From Candidatus Sumerlaeia bacterium (GTDB taxonomy: Bacteria > Sumerlaeota > Sumerlaeia > SLMS01 > JANRJK01), in the NCBI GenBank assembly GCA_033764015.1, contig JANRJK010000013.1, positions 384,001 to 448,000 on the forward strand: DNA of 64,000 bases, given 5' to 3'. Every line of letters begins with the position of its first letter. The first letter of the stretch is position 1. Shown here in pieces: positions 8,614 through 18,027 of the stretch. Under the pieces are notes generated by a model. That model saw nothing but the letters and a program-made list of their open reading frames with translations. It did no database searches and was not told the DNA's origin. The position numbers were made by a program, and so were the translations under genes.

Positions 8614-9648
8614 TTGCCAAGCATCGAATCCCAAGGCTCCCATGTGAAGCTCCATCGACTGCGCGAAACCGGACTCAATGGCTTTTCCTACACTCTGGGA
8701 TTGAAGCGCAATCTCGGGGAGCCTTGGCAGATTCTAATCGAGCCTACGAACATTTGTAACTTCAAGTGCGTCTATTGCCCCCAAAGTGTTCCCGAAGAGC
8801 ACTTCCAGAATGGGAAGGGATTTCTCTCGCGGGAGGACTTCGCCCGGATCCTCGCTAAGATTTCGAAGCCATGGAAGAACAAGATTGTCAACCTTATCCG
8901 CGACGGCGAGCCAACCCTGCACCCTGATATCGTGGAGTTCGTGCGCATCGTCTCCTCGCACGGTCACCGCCCGCAGTTTTCCACGAACATGTCCCGCATG
9001 ACCTCCGAACTCGCCGCGGAGCTGATCGATGCAGGAATCTATTTGGTTAAGAGCGATTTCTCGCACGATAAGGAAGTGTACGAGCGACTGCGGGTCAAAG
9101 CGGTTTGGGAGAGAACCCGGGCTGGAATCCTTGCATTCCTTGAGGAGAACGCAAAGCGCGGTTATCCGGTGAAATTCCATCTGGTCGAGATGGGCACCTT
9201 TGGCCGCCCCGAGGAGGAGTATCCGATCCACCTCGCCAAGCTGCGCGACCTCCTAGGATCCCACGCCGACCATGTGGAGTCCTATCCCACGCACTTCCAC
9301 AACGCGTTGGGGGAGGCAAAGGAGGACCTCTCCCAAGCCGAACTATTCAAGAAGTCGTCCTATAACCTCTGCCACCATCCATGGCTCGATTTGGTGATCA
9401 ACTTCAAGGGCGAGGCCGTCGGCTGCTGCCGCGACCTTCGTAGCGAGTACGTGCTCGGAAACATCCTCGAGTGCGAGGATGTGGAGCGCGACATCTGGAA
9501 CGGTCCGCGCATGAAAGAGCTGCGCGACGCGTTGCTGAAGAAACACCCGGAGCAGGTGGAAATCTGCAACAAGTGCGATATCCCCTACGGCTCGTCCTAC
9601 GCTGGCAGCGGGAAGATGCAGAAGATCGTCAAGTTCCTGTTCGGCTGA
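8614..9648 (+). CDS. Radical SAM protein with SPASM/twitch domain
   Basis: CNFKCVYC (CxxxCxxC), GEPTLHPD, CHHPW...GEAVGCC...LGN...CNKC. Start could be GTG 8644. Confidence 0.9.
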   Translation: MPSIESQGSHVKLHRLRETGLNGFSYTLGLKRNLGEPWQILIEPTNICNFKCVYCPQSVPEEHFQNGKGFLSREDFARILAKISKPWKNKIVNLIRDGEPTLHPDIVEFVRIVSSHGHRPQFSTNMSRMTSELAAELIDAGIYLVKSDFSHDKEVYERLRVKAVWERTRAGILAFLEENAKRGYPVKFHLVEMGTFGRPEEEYPIHLAKLRDLLGSHADHVESYPTHFHNALGEAKEDLSQAELFKKSSYNLCHHPWLDLVINFKGEAVGCCRDLRSEYVLGNILECEDVERDIWNGPRMKELRDALLKKHPEQVEICNKCDIPYGSSYAGSGKMQKIVKFLFG

Positions 9649-9685
9649 TCGCGGGGGCGCGGCGCGATGGCCGCTCCCCCGCGAT
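9648..9685. terminator. Hairpin between convergent radical SAM and aldo/keto reductase genes
   Basis: atcgcggggg...cccccgcgat inverted repeat with inner gcggc/gccgc stem. Confidence 0.5.
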
Positions 9686-9690
9686 TCGAG

Positions 9691-10839
9691 CTACTTGCGG
9701 AACCAGGCGGGCTCGGCGGCCTGCTTGGTGCCGCCGGACACCGCTGTCATGACGAAGCCGCCCGGCGCGAGGAACTCGTAGGGGAACCCCAGCGTCGGCT
9801 TCGAGACCTCGTCGAGCTTCGCCGCCAGCTCCGCCGGGATGTCGAAGTCGAGCGCGGCGAGGTTGTCGTCGAGCTGCGCAAGGCTGGTGGCGCCGATAAT
9901 GGTGCTGGCGATGCCGCGGCGCTTCGTTGCCCAGTTGAGCGCAACCTGCGCGGGGGACTTCCCGAGCGCGCGCGCCACCGCGTGCAACGCGTCGATGATG
10001 GCCCAGTTGCGCTCGGAGATGAGCCTCGGGTGGTCGGCGCGGTTGTGCGTGAGGCGCCCCTTGCCGGAGTAGTCGTAGCCGCCGTCCTTGCGCGGCTTGC
10101 GCTCGTACTTGCCGGAGAGCAGTCCGCCCCCGAGCGGGCTCCACGGACAGATGCCGAGGCCGAACTCGAGCGCCGCGTCGACGTGCTCGCGCTCGATGTC
10201 GCGCGTGATGAGCGAGTACTCGAGCTGCAGCGCGCAAAGCGGCTCGAAGCCGCGCAGCTCCGCGTAGGTCTGGCCCTTCGCGAGGTACCAGGCGGGCGTG
10301 TCGGAGAAGCCGATGTGGCGCACCTTGCCGGAGCGCACCAGCGCGTCGAGCGTGCGCATCACCTCCTCCACCGGCGTCATGCCGTCGTACATGTGGAGCC
10401 AGTAGAGGTCGACGTAATCGGTCTGGAGGCGGCGCAGGGACGCCTCGAGGGACTCGATGATGTTCTTGCGCCCGTTGCCGCCCCCGTTCGGGTCGCCGGG
10501 GTGCATGCCGAGGGTGAACTTGGTGGCGAGGACGACCCGGTCGCGGTTCTTGGCGCCCTTCATGAACTTGCCGAGGAGCGTCTCGCTGGTGCCCTGGGTG
10601 TAGAAGTTCGCGGTGTCGACGAAGTTGCCGCCGGCGTCGAGGTAGCGGCGGTAGATCGCCTCGCTCTCCTTGTCGCTGTTCCCCCAGCCCCACTCCTTGC
10701 CGAAGGTCATGGTGCCCAGGCAAAGGGGCGAGACGCGCAGGCCGCTGCGGCCGAGGAGGTGGTACGCCTCGAGGCCCTTGGGTTTCGCGGGTGCGGACGG
10801 CTTCTTGGGGGCGGTCTTGGCGGCGCGCTTCGCGGCCAT
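9691..10839 (-). CDS. Aldo/keto reductase
   Basis: [53 protein letters not shown]. Start re-assigned to MAAKRAA. Confidence 0.95.
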   Translation of the reverse strand: MAAKRAAKTAPKKPSAPAKPKGLEAYHLLGRSGLRVSPLCLGTMTFGKEWGWGNSDKESEAIYRRYLDAGGNFVDTANFYTQGTSETLLGKFMKGAKNRDRVVLATKFTLGMHPGDPNGGGNGRKNIIESLEASLRRLQTDYVDLYWLHMYDGMTPVEEVMRTLDALVRSGKVRHIGFSDTPAWYLAKGQTYAELRGFEPLCALQLEYSLITRDIEREHVDAALEFGLGICPWSPLGGGLLSGKYERKPRKDGGYDYSGKGRLTHNRADHPRLISERNWAIIDALHAVARALGKSPAQVALNWATKRRGIASTIIGATSLAQLDDNLAALDFDIPAELAAKLDEVSKPTLGFPYEFLAPGGFVMTAVSGGTKQAAEPAWFRK

Positions 10840-11065
10840 GGTGGCTCCTCGCTTCGATAGAAGGTGTGGTGGCGCGAGTGTCTGTTCGTCCTTGCGCCCC
10901 GGGATGGAATCGTCCGTCGCGACGGCGCGGGGCAAGCGGCCTGCCGGTTTCCCCTTGCCGCACTCGCCGGATAGCCGCGAATCGGTTCGGTCCTGTCCTG
11001 CTAAGCGCCCTCGAGATTCAGTGCGCGGACCGGCCCAACACCCGCCCGGAGTCGAAACCCGTTCC

Positions 11066-11308
11066 ATGTCCAACATCGAAGACAAGGTCAAAGAGTGCAT
11101 CGTCAGCCAGCTCGGCGTGAACGAAGACGAGATCACGCCGGAGGCTGCGTTCATCGACGACCTCGGCGCCGACTCGCTCGACATCGTCGAACTCGTGATG
11201 GCGTTCGAGGAGAAGTTCGGCATCGAGATCCCCGACGAGGACACGGAGAAGATCCGCACCGTCGGCAACGCCATCTCGTACATCAAGTCGAAGCAGGGCG
11301 AATCCTGA
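11066..11308 (+). CDS. acpP: Acyl carrier protein
   Basis: [21 protein letters not shown] phosphopantetheine motif; directly upstream of fabF. Confidence 0.97.
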   Translation: MSNIEDKVKECIVSQLGVNEDEITPEAAFIDDLGADSLDIVELVMAFEEKFGIEIPDEDTEKIRTVGNAISYIKSKQGES

Positions 11309-11366
11309 CCCGCGCAACCGCACAGGGCGCGCCGCGCCCTCACCGCACAACCGAGGAGGCACGTCG

Positions 11367-12602
11367 TTGACTCGAGTCGTCGTCACCGGCATGGGGGTCA
11401 TCTCCCCCGTCGGCAACAACGTCGAGGCGTTCTGGGAAGCGCTTCTCGCCGGCAAGAGCGGCGCGGGGCCGATCACCCAGTTCGACCATTCGGCGCACAA
11501 GACCCACTTCGCCGCAGAGGTGAAGGGGTATGATCCGCTCGCCCACTTCGACGCGAAGGAGGTCCGCAGGCTCGACCGCCACCTCCAGTTCGCGCTCGTC
11601 AGCGCCGACGAGGCGATCAAGTCCTCCGGCCTGGACCTGTCGAAGACGGACCTCGACCACTTCGGTGTGGTCATGGGCAGCGGCATCGGCGGCCTCGACG
11701 TCCTCGAGGAGCAGCACCGCGTGATGATGGAAAAGGGGCCGGGACGCGTCTCGCCCCTCCTCGTCCCGCGCATGATCGTCAACATGATCTCGGGACAGAT
11801 CAGCATCAAGCACGGGCTCCGCGGGCCGAACACCAGCATTGTCACGGCCTGCACCACGGGTACGCACACGATCGGCGAAGCCTACAAGACCATCACCCGC
11901 GGCCACGCCCGCCTGATGGTCGCCGGCGGCAGCGAGGCGGCGATCACGCCGCTCAGCATCGCAGGCTTCGAGAACATGCGCGCCCTGTCGGGCCGCAACG
12001 ATTCGCCCGAAACCGCCTCGCGCCCCTTCACCGCGACCCGCGACGGATTCGTCATGGGAGAGGGCGCCGCCTGCCTTGTGCTCGAGGAGTACGAGCACGC
12101 CAAGGCGCGCGGCGCGAAGATGTGGTGCGAAGTGGTCGGCTACGGCTCCACCGCCGACGCCCACCACATGACGGCCCCGCATCCCGACGGCGAGGGCGCC
12201 GTCCGCGCCATGCGCATGGCCCTACGCGACGCCGGCATGGAGCCGCAGGAGATCGACCATATCAACGCCCACGGCACGTCGACGGACCTCAACGACAAGA
12301 TCGAAACGGCCGCCATCAAGCAGGTCTTCGGCGAGCGCGCCTACAAGATCGCCGTGAACTCGATCAAGTCGATGACGGGCCACCTGCTCGGCGCGGCCGG
12401 TTCCGTCGAGGGTGTCGCCTGCGCGCTCTCCCTCACGCACAACGTGGTGCCCCCCACCATCAACCATTACGATCCGGACCCGCTCTGCGACCTCGACTAC
12501 ACGCCGAACACGAAGCGCGAAATGCCCGTCAACGCGGTCATGAGCAACAGCTTCGGCTTCGGCGGCCACAACGGCGTCATCATCTTCTCGAAGGTGCGCT
12601 GA
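11367..12602 (+). CDS. fabF: 3-oxoacyl-ACP synthase II
   Basis: RVVVTGMG, TACTTG (Cys), NAHGTST, GHLLGAAG, SNSFGFGGHN; TTG start with gaggagg RBS. Confidence 0.97.
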   Translation: MTRVVVTGMGVISPVGNNVEAFWEALLAGKSGAGPITQFDHSAHKTHFAAEVKGYDPLAHFDAKEVRRLDRHLQFALVSADEAIKSSGLDLSKTDLDHFGVVMGSGIGGLDVLEEQHRVMMEKGPGRVSPLLVPRMIVNMISGQISIKHGLRGPNTSIVTACTTGTHTIGEAYKTITRGHARLMVAGGSEAAITPLSIAGFENMRALSGRNDSPETASRPFTATRDGFVMGEGAACLVLEEYEHAKARGAKMWCEVVGYGSTADAHHMTAPHPDGEGAVRAMRMALRDAGMEPQEIDHINAHGTSTDLNDKIETAAIKQVFGERAYKIAVNSIKSMTGHLLGAAGSVEGVACALSLTHNVVPPTINHYDPDPLCDLDYTPNTKREMPVNAVMSNSFGFGGHNGVIIFSKVR

Positions 12603-12619
12603 GGACCGCGCGCCGGCCC

Positions 12620-13360
12620 GTGGAAGAGAACCCAGGAAACCTGCCGGGCGGGGAAGAGCTGGCCGCTCTCCTCGCCCGGTTCCATTTGAGCGACAATCCC
12701 GCCGCCCATCCGCTCCTTCGCCAAGCCCTCACGCACCGCAGCCACGCGCTCGAACGCGGGGCCGCGGAGGACAACGAACGGCTCGAACTCCTGGGCGACT
12801 CCGTGGTCGCCCTCCTGGTCACGGAACGCCTCCTCGAACTGCATCCCGGCGAGTCGGAGGGCCAACTCAGCAAGCGGCGGCACACAGCCGTGAGCCGTCC
12901 GTGCCTTGGCGAACTCGCGCTCGCCCTGGGTGTCGGCGAACTCATGCTGCTCGGCGCCGGCGAGGAACGCGGCGGCGGACGCGCGAGGCCCTCCACCGTC
13001 GGCAGCACACTCGAAGCGCTCCTTGGCGCGCTGTACCTGGCGTACCCCTGGCCCGCGCTGCGCGTCGCGCTCCGGGAGAGCGTCGTCGAGCCGGCGCTCG
13101 CCATGTCGGGCACGCTCGACTTGGAGGACTTCAAGTCGCGGCTCCAGGAGTGGTGCCAGGCGCGCGGCCTCCCGCCGCCCGAGTATCCGGTGCTGCGAGA
13201 GGAGGGCCCCGACCACGAGCGCGTCTTCACCGTCGAGGCGCGCGTGGGCGGCGAGCGCCGCGGCGAGGGCTCCGGCACGCGCAAGCAGCTCGCCGAGCGC
13301 GCCGCGGCCCGCGAGGCGCTGCGGGCCCTCGGCGGGGAATTCTCCACAAGCAGCGGCTGA
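12620..13360 (+). CDS. rnc: Ribonuclease III
   Basis: QALTHRS, NERLELLGDS, EALLGALYL, dsRBD DFKSRLQE...GPDH...AERAAA; acpP-fabF-rnc synteny. Confidence 0.93.
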   Translation: MEENPGNLPGGEELAALLARFHLSDNPAAHPLLRQALTHRSHALERGAAEDNERLELLGDSVVALLVTERLLELHPGESEGQLSKRRHTAVSRPCLGELALALGVGELMLLGAGEERGGGRARPSTVGSTLEALLGALYLAYPWPALRVALRESVVEPALAMSGTLDLEDFKSRLQEWCQARGLPPPEYPVLREEGPDHERVFTVEARVGGERRGEGSGTRKQLAERAAAREALRALGGEFSTSSG

Positions 13361-13449
13361 TTCCGATTTCGCTCGCGTTCGTCCGCGGCGCTCCGCACGT
13401 TCGCCTGTATAGAACCGATTTCCGCATCCCGCAGGGGGTTCCAACACCC

Positions 13450-14397
13450 GTGAAGACCATTCTTGTGACCGGCGCCAACGGCATGCTGGGCAGCGACGTG
13501 CTACGCCGCCTCCAGCGCGAAGCCGGCGTCCGAGTCGTCCCCAGCACCGCAGACGACATGGACATCACCGACCTCGAGGCGGTGCGCGACTGCATGCACC
13601 GCCACCGCCCCACGCATGTCGTGCACTGCGCCGCGTACACGGCGGTCGACTCCGCCGAGCGCGAGCCGCTGCGCGCCTATATGGTCAACGCGGAGGGCAC
13701 GAAGAACCTCGCCTTCTTCTGCCGCGAACTCGACGCGGAGCTGCTGTACGTCTCCACCGACTACGTCTTCTCCGGCGCGAAGGGCTCGCCCTACCGCGAG
13801 GACGACGCCACCGGCCCGATCAACACCTACGGCAAGAGCAAGCTGCTCGGCGAACGCTACGCCGCGGTGCTCTGCGAGCGCCACAAGGTGATCCGCACGA
13901 GTTGGCTGAACGGCCTCGGGGGCGTGGTGCGGCGCAACTTCATCGAGACGATGCTCCGCCTGGCGGAGACCCGCCCCCAGCTCTCCGTCGTGGACGACCA
14001 GTTCGGTCGCCCGACCTTCACCTTCGACCTCGCGGAGGCCATCGCCACGCTCCTCTCCGTGAACAGCTACGGCGTGTTCCACGTCTCGAACGGCGGACAG
14101 TGCTCCTGGTACGAGTTCGCGCTCCGCATCTTCGAATGCGCGGGGAAGCAGGTCGACGTGCGCCCCATCCCCGGCGAGCAGTTCCGCTCCCTCGCGCGGC
14201 GCCCAGCCAACAGCGCGATGGAGAACACCCGCTTCCCCGCCATGGGCCTGGCGCCGCTGCCGCGCTGGGAGGACTCGCTGCGCGAGTACTTCCGCCTGCG
14301 GCGCGTGTACCTGCAGGAGGAGCGCGGCCGCGACGAGGGCTCGCCCGCCGGTGAACCCGCCACCGCCCCGTCGGCGGGGGAAGGCGCGGCGGAGTAG
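13450..14397 (+). CDS. rfbD: dTDP-4-dehydrorhamnose reductase
   Basis: ILVTGANGMLG, HCAAYTAVD, STDYVF, YGKSK, DQFGRPT. Confidence 0.93.
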   Translation: MKTILVTGANGMLGSDVLRRLQREAGVRVVPSTADDMDITDLEAVRDCMHRHRPTHVVHCAAYTAVDSAEREPLRAYMVNAEGTKNLAFFCRELDAELLYVSTDYVFSGAKGSPYREDDATGPINTYGKSKLLGERYAAVLCERHKVIRTSWLNGLGGVVRRNFIETMLRLAETRPQLSVVDDQFGRPTFTFDLAEAIATLLSVNSYGVFHVSNGGQCSWYEFALRIFECAGKQVDVRPIPGEQFRSLARRPANSAMENTRFPAMGLAPLPRWEDSLREYFRLRRVYLQEERGRDEGSPAGEPATAPSAGEGAAE

Positions 14398-14681
14398 GTC
14401 CCGCAGCGTTTCTTGACATAGTCAACGACCACGCGGGCCTGGGGACCCTTCCCCGGGCCCGCCGCCGTTTCCGCCCCCCGGGGGCGGGGATAATGGCTTT
14501 TACCATCCGCCTGTCCCCACTCGTGGCCGCGCGGAGCCACCTCCCTGCCCGCGCCTGCGCGGCCTAAATCCTACAACTAATAGGCGGAATGGGCGCGGCT
14601 GTGGTGGAAGCGGTGGAAGTTTTTTCATTGGCGGCTGATTTGGTTTGGCTTACGATTCAACGCCGACATGTCGCCTACCGC

Positions 14682-14710
14682 TTGACACGCGTGATAAAAG
14701 GTTTGAGACT
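14682..14710 (+). promoter_or_regulatory. Putative sigma70 promoter of the pilin/alpha-glucan locus
   Basis: TTGACA-17 nt-GAGACT in an AT-richer intergenic region. The -10 element is imperfect. Confidence 0.35.
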
Positions 14711-14863
14711 TCCCCCAATGTCGCACGAAAGGAACGCACCGCCACAGCGCCTTCCCGGTCCAGTTCCCGGACCAGTTGCCACGCAAGCCCTTAACCTGCT
14801 CCCAGCGCTAAAGCGGTTCCGTTCCGATCCAGCGACAATCCCGAACAGAAGGCTGTCACCCAC

Positions 14864-15574
14864 ATGAAGCGACAGGGATTTGATCCGAAGGCGTTCACGC
14901 TGATTGAACTCCTCATCGTGGTCGCCATCATCGCGATCCTCGCGGCGATCGCGGTCCCGAACTTCCTCGAGGCGCAGGTGCGCTCGAAGGTCTCGCGCGT
15001 CGTCTCCGACATGCGGAGCCTCCGCACCGGACTCGAAGCCTACCGCATCGACGCCAACAAGTACCCCGAGACGGACTTCGGCCCGTTCCGCAATCCGTCG
15101 GGCAAGGGCCTCCAGCGCCTCACCACCCCGATTTCCTACATGACCTCGGTTCCCACGTCGCCCTTCGACGAGACCAAGGTGGGCCAGCCGCAGACGGCAG
15201 GCCAGGAGAAGTTCTCCTTCCTCTTCAACCACGTCCTGTACGTCCGCGCGATCGGCGTCCCGGGCATCACGACGGCGCCCTCCATCGCGGGCTACGGCGA
15301 ATACGATAACGACTACGCCCTCGACCGCGTGACGTACCTGCGTGGCGCCGGCTCGCTGACCCCCGGCAACATCCAGTTCGCGACCCAAGGCTACTACGGC
15401 ATGAAGTCGGTCGGACCGGACAACGTGGACAACCGCCGCTCCGACATCGGCCAGTTCATCGCGGGCGCCAGCTTCCAGGACGCGCGCATCTACGACCCGA
15501 CGAACGGCACCGCGAGCGCCGGCGACATCGTCAACTGGCAGGACACCAGCATCCAGGCCTCGCAGCGCCAGTAA
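14864..15574 (+). CDS. Type IV pilin/GspG-like prepilin protein
   Basis: KA|FTLIELLIVVAIIAILAAIAVPNF class III signal (E5), helix to AYRIDANKYP, LTTPISY, C-terminal SVGPD...YDPTNGTASAGDI. Confidence 0.92.
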   Translation: MKRQGFDPKAFTLIELLIVVAIIAILAAIAVPNFLEAQVRSKVSRVVSDMRSLRTGLEAYRIDANKYPETDFGPFRNPSGKGLQRLTTPISYMTSVPTSPFDETKVGQPQTAGQEKFSFLFNHVLYVRAIGVPGITTAPSIAGYGEYDNDYALDRVTYLRGAGSLTPGNIQFATQGYYGMKSVGPDNVDNRRSDIGQFIAGASFQDARIYDPTNGTASAGDIVNWQDTSIQASQRQ

Positions 15575-15604
15575 CCCGGCGCGGAGCGCGGTCGGTTTCT
15601 AACG

Positions 15605-15633
15605 GGCTGGCCCGGGTTGCGGCCGGGCCAGCC
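15605..15633 (+). other. Intra-operon stem-loop without U-tract
   Basis: ggctggcccgg-gttgcgg-ccgggccagcc perfect 11-bp stem. Confidence 0.5.
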
Positions 15634-15715
15634 TCACACGAACCCCGGAACCCGGTCCCGGAACCCACCACCCTCAACCCCAACCACGCAAGATTCCCAC
15701 GAGGAGCTTCCTCTC

Positions 15716-17884
15716 ATGCTTCGTAACTCTTTGGTTCTGGCCGCAGCCGTCGCCGCCGCTTCCGCGGTCTTCGCCGGCACGCCCGTTTTGGACGGCACCA
15801 CGAACGACGCCGTCTACGGCCCGCAGCTTTACGTGCAGACCACCAACACCCAGTTCGGCAACTCAACGACAGGCAACCCGGGAGCTTCCGGGGGCGGATC
15901 CGAGATCAACAACGTGCGCATCACGGACGATGCTAACCACATCTACGTGGCGCTCGCGGGCAACCTCGAGACCAACTTCAACCGCATCGTGTTCTTCGTC
16001 GATGCCGACGCCAGCGCATCGACCGGTTCGAACGTGCTGTCGGGCGGAACCTTCAACAACTACACCTTCCCCGCCGGATTCGGCTGCGACGCCGTCTTCC
16101 GTTTCACCAACGGCAACTCTCCGACCGAGAGCTACCTGAACGTTGAGCGTTACAACGGTCTCTACTCCGACAGCTACATCGGCGGGTTCACCGCGCCTTC
16201 TGCCACCGCTGCATACTCCGGAAACCTCTCCGGCGGCGGAGCCGGCTGGTACGGACCGGGCATCGCGGTGCCTTTCGCGTTCGACCACAGCAACACCGCG
16301 GGTGTCGCCGGGTTCGGCACGGGCACGGAAGCCGCGGATCCCGTAGCGGCGGCCGCCGTCAACACGGGCCTCGAAATCGGCATTCCCAAGGTCGTCCTCG
16401 CAGGTGCGCTTCAGGATCAGCTCCTCACGGGGGACACGGTCCGCATTATCGCGGTGGTCACCGGCGGCGACTTCGCCTCGAATCAAGTCATGCCCCCGCT
16501 CGTCACCCCCAAGGGCAACATTGGTGGCGGCGCGAACTTCAGCACCCCGGCGAACGCCCTCGATGACAACTTCATCGCCTACACCCTCACCGCGGATGGA
16601 CCGCCGCCGAACATTCAGATCGGAGTGTCGTCCGCTGACGTGTTCTATGCGAACAACTTCGTCCGCGTCGCCTTCAATACGGCGTTCGACAACGCCGCGA
16701 CCGGCGACGGCGCCCTGAACCCCGCCAACTACACGTTCAACGACGGCCTCACCGTCACGTCGGTCGCCCAGGGCACCGGCGCGCGCGTCAACGAGGTGTT
16801 CCTCACCCTGAGCGGCGACATCCTCGCCACCACCGAGCTCACGCTGGGCGTGATCGGCGACGCGAACGGCGTGTTCTCGACGCCGGGTGCGCAGGTCTTC
16901 GAAATGGGCGCGCCCTACTCGATCATCACGGCCACGGTCAACTCCACCGCGGACACGCAGGAGTACCTGCCGAACCCGGCGATCCGCGGCGACTGGGACG
17001 GCTTCTCGAACCGATGGCCCCTCACGGACGGCGAGGACGCCTATCCCGACGTTCCCGGCGCCCAGATCGAAGCCGGCGACACGCTTGGCGACAAGATCTA
17101 CGCGGGCCGCATCTTCACCCGCAGCACGATCGTGAACGCCAACTTCGTCGTGGCCTCGTTCTACGAGTTCAACGCGGGCGTGCTCGCCCCCGGCAAGACC
17201 AACCCGCGCGACTTCAACGCGGGCCATTGGGGACCGAACTGGGATCGCATCTGGAGCGGCGGCAACATCGCGGCCGTCGACATCGTCGACAACCGCCTGA
17301 CCGCCAACCCGGTCAATGTGACCATCAACGTCGCGGTTCCGATCGCCGACCTCCGCCCGGGCGCCAGCCCGACCGCCGACCTCGAGGTCTTCGCTTCCGC
17401 GGGTCCGACCTTCGGCTCCGAGAACGCTCTCCCGACCCTCCCGAACACCACGATCCCGGGTGAGACGGACGTCACCGGCGGCCTCCGCCTTACGTACGTC
17501 AACAGCGACGCGACGTTCCACAACTACCGCGGAACCGTGACGTACCCCGACCGCATTCCCGACGTCGGCGGCTACCGCCTCGGCTACCGGGACAACAACG
17601 GCACGCCCGCCGTCACCACCGACGACGTGATCTACCGTGAAGAGGAAGGCACGCTCATCCAGAGCGACCTCGCTCCCGCCACGCTCGCCTCGCTCGGCTG
17701 GACCGACTCGGTCACCTACAAGAACAACACGGTGCACCCGCACATCGCCCGCATCCAGAGCATCGACGGCTCCCGCAGCATCGGCCGCACGCTGAACCTG
17801 ACGCTCGACCGCGCCAGCTACGACGTTCCGCCCGCCACGGCCGGTCCGGTCGCAGAGGCCCAGAGCTGGACGATGTACGAGTAA
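15716..17884 (+). CDS. Secreted multidomain protein (putative carbohydrate-binding/Ig-like modules) with C-terminal SWTMYE tail
   Basis: gaggag RBS, signal peptide, DOMON/CBM9-like N-terminus (DGT...QTTNTQFGN...SEI...IYVALAGNL), Ig-like VRVAFN...NPANYTF module, no catalytic motif recognised. Confidence 0.75.
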   Translation: MLRNSLVLAAAVAAASAVFAGTPVLDGTTNDAVYGPQLYVQTTNTQFGNSTTGNPGASGGGSEINNVRITDDANHIYVALAGNLETNFNRIVFFVDADASASTGSNVLSGGTFNNYTFPAGFGCDAVFRFTNGNSPTESYLNVERYNGLYSDSYIGGFTAPSATAAYSGNLSGGGAGWYGPGIAVPFAFDHSNTAGVAGFGTGTEAADPVAAAAVNTGLEIGIPKVVLAGALQDQLLTGDTVRIIAVVTGGDFASNQVMPPLVTPKGNIGGGANFSTPANALDDNFIAYTLTADGPPPNIQIGVSSADVFYANNFVRVAFNTAFDNAATGDGALNPANYTFNDGLTVTSVAQGTGARVNEVFLTLSGDILATTELTLGVIGDANGVFSTPGAQVFEMGAPYSIITATVNSTADTQEYLPNPAIRGDWDGFSNRWPLTDGEDAYPDVPGAQIEAGDTLGDKIYAGRIFTRSTIVNANFVVASFYEFNAGVLAPGKTNPRDFNAGHWGPNWDRIWSGGNIAAVDIVDNRLTANPVNVTINVAVPIADLRPGASPTADLEVFASAGPTFGSENALPTLPNTTIPGETDVTGGLRLTYVNSDATFHNYRGTVTYPDRIPDVGGYRLGYRDNNGTPAVTTDDVIYREEEGTLIQSDLAPATLASLGWTDSVTYKNNTVHPHIARIQSIDGSRSIGRTLNLTLDRASYDVPPATAGPVAEAQSWTMYE

Positions 17885-17941
17885 TCCGCGAAGGCCGGGG
17901 TTCGAATCCCCCAGCCTAGGACGGTAACCAAGCAGAGCCAA

Positions 17942-17980
17942 GACGCCGCCCCGGGAACGAACCACTCTCGGGGCGGCGTC
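17942..17980 (+). terminator. Stem-loop, possible terminator or attenuator
   Basis: gacgccgccccg...cggggcggcgtc 12-bp stem followed by cgcttt. Confidence 0.5.
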
Positions 17981-18027
17981 CGCTTTGAACGCAGCCCGCA
18001 TCACCAGCCCCCAGCACGGACCCCCGC

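Noticed and set aside
11066..12602. acpP-fabF as a polyketide cluster
   Set aside because: Standard fatty-acid acpP-fabF-rnc arrangement with no chain-length factor or tailoring genes
17897..17912. ggggttcgaatccccc resembles a tRNA T-arm
   Set aside because: No acceptor stem, D-arm, anticodon arm or CCA; it abuts a stop codon and no integrase is nearby
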